A DNA stretch of 64,000 nucleotides from Euglena gracilis (lineage: Eukaryota): contig CP154954.1 in assembly GCA_039621445.1 (NCBI GenBank), positions 10,125,521 through 10,189,520 of the forward strand. The letters run 5' to 3'. The notes beneath the pieces are model-generated. The model was not told where the DNA came from, made no database searches, and saw nothing but the letters and a program-made list of their open reading frames with translations. Of the stretch, positions 25,201-64,000 are shown one piece after another (position 1 is the stretch's first letter; each line of letters begins with the position of its first letter). Made by a program: the position numbers and the translations under genes.

Positions 25201-26672
25201 CTTGCCCAGGAAGGTGCCACCTGAGCTTGCGCCAGCCAGGTGGCCGGGGGGGATAGCCAATCAATTTGATAGTTTTGCGTCAACGAGCAGAGAGATATGA
25301 GTTGCTGTTGTAGAATGGTTGGCACCAAGACAAAACATTCTGGAATTCTCAACATTTCTGTGACTCATCTGCGAAAGCTTTGAAACTGTCCCAGGGAAAC
25401 AAAATTATTGGGTCCTCTCCGTTAGGCTGTGACATTTGGCACCTGTCAGCGGCATATTTAGAGAAGATTGCTGTATCTGAGGCAAGGGTGGCGGAAGCTA
25501 ATTTTTTTTGCACAATTCTCAGTTTAATGGAGCTACTCAGCGCCACAGTCCCCACAAACTCTCCAATTTTCTCAAACCTGTGAACTGAATCAGTGGCATA
25601 ATCAAACACATTGCATGCATTAGTACAGAGTTACATATTGTATTGTTTCAATGCCTGATTTTTATGTATTTTTTCCATTGAATGTTTATGTATTTTTTCC
25701 ACTGCTGCCTTCAGTGGTGATGTATGCAGTATGCAAATTTATAAAAAAAAATGCAGCACACATCAATGGGCAAGGGGGTTACCAACCTTTGCGCTCCCAA
25801 GTTAATTATTTTCATCATTTTTCGCAAGAACTGGGGCTTGCGGTCTTGCGCACCACATCTGTCATATTTGCTTTTGGCACGGGATTCCTCTGGTGCCTCA
25901 CACACATCCTGCTGATTTCCAGTGATTTGTAATTGCTCCACCAGCTGCGACGGTTGCGCTTGTCCTTGCGAGCCGTCCTCTCCGGTGTAATCGATGCCGA
26001 CTCACACATCGAAATTATTTTTTTCTGAATTATGCTTCATGTGCGTGACTATGGACTGGCACCAGAAGCATAGATTCATTTGGTACCTGTGTGACCCCCC
26101 GGGAGGGGGGGCGGTAGGGTTTCAAGGTTGGGTGGTGGGTTGGGGCTTCTGGACCCCCTCGGGGGGGGGGGGGAGCGCCTTGGGTCAGATTTTTTGGCTG
26201 CAAAATTCTTCAGCATTTTCGGCCGATTTTGGCTGGAATTTGGGTGGGTGGGGTGGTTGACCCCCCCCCCCCCCCGAGGGGGAGGGGGTCAACCACCCTT
26301 TGTGGGGGGATGGAATTTCGAAAAAAGTGGGTGGGTTCGGTTTGGGCCCAAGGAACAGTGACCCCCCCGAGGGTCACTAAGTGATCTCTGATTAGAAGGT
26401 GGATGACTTGGTGTGACCATCACATCCCACGAGATCTGTTGCGTTCAAACATTTGTTTCTGTGGAGCGATGTGCCCTGGCTGGTTTCGCACAAGTTCCAA
26501 CAGGAGGGAAATAAACACCTCCCACAGCAAGCAGAATGGATTTGCACACCAACAGCGGACGCCGACCGTTGCTGATTTTTGCCCCCCTCCCATGCCAGGG
26601 CTGTGCGGGAAATCTCGAAACCTGACAGGGGTTGGATGCGAGTCGATCACCCCCAGTCCCACCTGTGATCAT
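19273..26672 (-). CDS. Hypothetical 194-aa orphan protein, 6 exons
   Basis: Exons (- strand): 26672-26670 (ATG in CCGCCATG context), 25231-25125, 24775-24714, 23565-23410, 20451-20289, 19366-19273 (TGA). The total is 585 nt and the frame is open across all junctions. Two introns are GT-AG (24713-23566, 23409-20452) and three are nonconventional with paired ends (CAGGTGG/CCACCTG, CAGCCC/GGGCTG, CAGGGTGGG/CCCGCCCTG). Product: [22 protein letters not shown]...APHPTGGT. No recognisable family. The first junction needs a 1-nt offset from the usual +4 position. Confidence 0.6.
20526..21331. mobile_element. MITE with internal tandem duplication, inside intron 4 of the - strand gene
   Basis: TIR CAGGCATTATTATTTT / AAAATGATAATGCCTG; a ~300-bp internal block is duplicated (about 20528-20800 vs 20856-21140); (TTTTAAGGCA)-type repeats; related sequence near 40120-40420 and 44835-44930. 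Confidence 0.7.
22308..23062. repeat. Compound tetranucleotide microsatellite (ATCC)n-(ACCT)n-(ACAT)n
   Basis: Directly visible. Confidence 0.97.
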
Positions 26673-27030
26673 GGCGGTTGACACTGACTTCGCAGCCTTT
26701 TTATAGCTTATGGAGGGGAGGGGGCAGGCAGAATTTGCATAATTTTCATTTTTTTTTTTTGCAAAATCAAAATCTTGAAAATTGCACTTTTTTTTGTGTG
26801 TGTGTGTGTGTGTGTGTCGACCTCACTTTCTTTGGGGGGAAGTTATGCTGCAAAGTTTTTCTTCCCCAAAGGTTTGCCCCCCCCCCCCCGGTCAGGCCAC
26901 CGGACACAGAGGCTCAACGCTCAACACGCAATAAAGCCCCAAAGGAAGGACCCCACCGGCAAACCATTGTGCGTTGACGAGCCCCAGCGAGTTGCCCCCT
27001 CGCTGCCCGCCGCCCTCCCCCAGCGCCCGC
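26673..27030. promoter_or_regulatory. Short divergent intergenic region with putative spliced-leader trans-splice acceptors on both strands
   Basis: + strand: pyrimidine-rich tract ending CCCCAG (AG at 27022-27023), 7 nt before the ATG. - strand: tract TTCTGCCTGCCCCCTCCCCTCCATAAG (AG at 26708-26707) upstream of the ATG at 26672. Only 358 bp separate the two start codons. SL trans-splicing is established for euglenozoans. Confidence 0.5.
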
Positions 27031-61043
<34,013 letters not shown>

Positions 61044-62814
61044 ACACAGGATTTATTTTGAAGTCAGAAGTGACTCACCCCCTGGGGTGGGCCAGTGGGT
61101 GGGTCTGCGCCCGAGTCTCCACCCCCATCCCGGGGGGTCCATGCAAACGAATTTGAGCTTCGCATGATTCCAATCGGAGCATGGAAATTTCTGGAAAAAT
61201 GGTCCAAAATGCAGTAAACTGATGGGGTGTTTTTTTTTGGATGCGGTTTTCTGCGACCCCCCCGTCCCCCACAACCTGGAGGGCAGAGCTTGACGGAAAT
61301 CCCGGATGCCCTATGAGTGGTGGGTGGGGTCCACCTCACTTCCTCCCACGGGGCCTCCTGTCGAGCCCAGTGGGTGGGGAGCAGAATTTTTTTTAAGGTT
61401 GGCGAACAGGGGGTACCACCCACACAAACTGGGCCAGAAGCGAAGGTAACACCAGCAAGAAAAAGACAAAAAGCCTTAGTGCAGCTAAGGGGGGGGGGAT
61501 GTGGGTTTGTGGCTCTGGCTCCTGGTGGGATTGGGAGTTGGGGGAGGGCGGATGCCCCCTCGTTGGGGGTCTTCCAATATTTCATCCGCCAAGCGCTGAA
61601 GTTTTTTTTTGGACAAAAATTCATCCGCTCAACAGTGCCCCCCCCCCCCTGAGGGGTGAGCGAGTGGGTGGGTTTTAAGTGGCCAAACTCGCACTTAAGC
61701 TTTTTTTCGTCGATTTGCACATTTGCGCAAATGGACCATTTTTTTTTATTTTGGCGCCGGCGTTGCAAGGGGTGAGGGTGAGAGGCGACAGGTGGACGAC
61801 AAATCCGGGTGAATTTCCATTTTTGGCCCCGGCGGTCCCGCGCATTCCGTTTTTTTTGCTTTTTTTTTGGTGGTCGGCGTGCCACAAAAACCCCCGGACC
61901 TACCCCCCCAAAGTGAAAAAAAATGTCGACAAAAACACCAAAACATCGGTACCGCCTCCCCCCCTTTTTTGTGCGACGCGGCTCTCCTCACCGACTGTCT
62001 GGCTGGCTCGCTCCGGGGGTTTTGACGCACTTTTTTGTTTTTTGCCGGCCTTGGAATTGTGTTTTGGTACGTTTGCCGGAGCGCGGGGAACAAGCATGGG
62101 GGGGATAGGGTGGGTCCAATCACGCCGCCGGCCAACGAACGCAGAAAGGAAGGCGTGCCTGGGGATTTTGTGCAGGCCTGTGCAGGTGAAGGGAAAGTGG
62201 TTTGAAGAGGAGGGAAGGGTCACAAGTCCCCACCGAACTTGAAGTGGGGATTTGTCTGGCCAAGTTGTGTCGCGATGAAACGGGAGAGGGGATCACGCAA
62301 ATTTCAATGGAGCGATTTATCACAGCTACGGTTGGAACAAAGAAGGATGGTTGATGCGCAATTTCGCACATCAACCACTGCACAGTTCCCCCGAAGGACG
62401 GCTACAAATACCTGTGAATTCACTACTGAAAGTGATGCGGCAGACACCGTTATTTTTGGACTAAAGATGAGCTCGGTTTGCGCAAATGCGCACAGCGACC
62501 ACGTGTGCGCATTTGCGCAAACCGACCTCATGCCCATTTGTGAAAAGGGATGCGATCAAATATCGTGGAACGTGAACGTACCTCACTGCCCAGAGCCTTT
62601 TAAAACAACAATAACTGGAAGAGCTTACGACGCAGCTGTGCGTTGAAAACAGACAGAAATGCACTGAAAAAAGCACATATATCAGTGTCAGGTCGGAATA
62701 AAAAAGAGGTTGGTTTGCGCAAATGCGCACGTGGTCGGCGATTACACATTTTCAAACACCGACCACGTGTGTAAAGGTGCACGTCGTCGGAGTGCAAAAT
62801 GGGCACACCATGAC

Positions 62815-63930
62815 GACGTGCGCATTTACGCACACCGACCACGATTGTAAAAAACCCGTCAAAAACGACCCCAAACACCACGTGCAATGGCTCCTTCGGT
62901 GTGCAGCTTACTCAGCTGCCGAACACTCTCTTCAACCGAGAGGCTTTTTTAGGGTCGATTCTGGCCCAGTGACAGGTCCAGGTCCATTTGGAGACTGTAG
63001 ACCTCTGGTGAGTGGCCTGCCGCTGGCACGTCCTGGCACACGTGCAACGGCGCAGCTTGGGCAAGGGGTGGCCCTCGAAAACCCCTGCCACTTGCCCCTT
63101 GGTTTGCGTTTTGCTGCACCAGTCACGTCAGGTGATGACAGGGGTCGCACTTAAGCATCCAAAAGGCCGTTGTTTACCCTCCAGTTCAGCAGCAGGCACC
63201 GAGGTGGCATTGTTCTCCCCCACAACCGGGACGGCAGACTGGGGGGACGGGCAATCTGCTGGTCCATGGAAACAATGGAAAAAGGGAGCGTCTTAAATGT
63301 AGCCACAAAACTCGTCGTTTTGGAGGGAAAGAATATTTAATGTTTGCACCTGGTTGGGTTGCGTGAAAGTAATGGGATTTAACACCCGGATATTGTGTAA
63401 CCCCCCCCCCCCCCAAATAACCTGGCGGGGTGCCAAGTTACTGGAACCAACTTTTTTGCCCCTCCCCCCGCCAAGTTATTCGGCCCCCGCCAGGAGTTGG
63501 GACCCCGCCAGGTTATTTGGGGGGGTTTACAAAAACTGGTGCGTTGCATGTTTTCTGAGGAAAAAAAATGAGCCATCCATTGCGGGAAAAAAAGGAAAAA
63601 TGATTCTTGGTCGAGGAGACAGGAGGATTACACACATGTCGTTTTGAAATTCTGGAAGTCGTTGTTTTTTTCAGAAAGGTGTCTAACAATCACGGGGGGT
63701 TACACGTCATCAATTCCTCCCGCAACTCCCAATTGATGACGCGAAAACGACCTGTCGTATGGGTTAGAGATAAGACATGCAAACTTGTCCTTGGAGAGGA
63801 CAAACTTTCTCCTGCCATACAGTGTGTTCTACTGCATGTTTCGCAAAATGCAAAAACCAGAATTTTTTCATCGCATAATTGTTTCAAAAGTTTTGTGTCC
63901 ACAGTGGTCGGTGTGCGCAAATGCGCACGT
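62815..63930. mobile_element. Putative ~1.1-kb TIR element of a GCGCAAATGCGCAC family
   Basis: ACGTGCGCATTTACGCACACCGACCAC ... GTGGTCGGTGTGCGCAAATGCGCACGT; further copies of the motif at 62475-62526 and 62711-62740. Confidence 0.55.
63401..63525. mobile_element. ~125-bp MITE with C-run/G-run TIRs
   Basis: CCCCCCCAAATAACCTGGCGGGG ... CCCCGCCAGGTTATTTGGGGGGG. Confidence 0.8.
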
Positions 63931-64000
63931 CAACTGTCAAGGATGAAGAGAACTCCATAATATGGAAGTCAAACAAAGGTGCATTTACAAGCTACCGTTC

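Noticed and set aside
25349-26009. AT-richer - strand ORFs inside intron 1 of the orphan gene
   Set aside because: No recognisable motif or splice signals linking them in frame; possibly decayed TE sequence.
62400-62465. Possible next CCAR1 exon after AAATACCTG
   Set aside because: The translation lacks the expected EF-hand continuation and ends quickly; the next exon probably lies beyond the window.

Overview
Eukaryotic nuclear DNA with the hallmarks of a euglenid (Euglena-like) genome: short GC-rich exons, long repeat-filled introns, and many non-GT-AG 'nonconventional' introns whose ends base-pair (CAG at +4..+6 with CTG at -8..-6). I could hand-splice two genes. (1) A + strand CCAR1/DBC1-family gene with at least 33 exons (27031 to beyond 61043, about 1,100 aa and 3'-incomplete). 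(2) A head-to-head, 6-exon, 194-aa orphan gene on the - strand (26672-19273). The rest is non-autonomous DNA transposons (hAT-like MITEs with CAG/CAAG...CTG/CTTG ends and 8-bp target-site duplications, plus C-run/G-run TIR MITEs), nested insertions, decayed hAT-transposase and RNase H relics, and large microsatellites. The most notable observation is geometric. The nonconventional intron offsets (3 nt before CAG plus 5 nt after CTG) add up to the 8-bp TSD of the co-resident MITEs, and several introns still show 6-7/8 TSD-like remnants. This suggests a self-masking MITE-to-intron ('Introner'-like) system. All gene models and family calls come from manual reading; no database searches were run.
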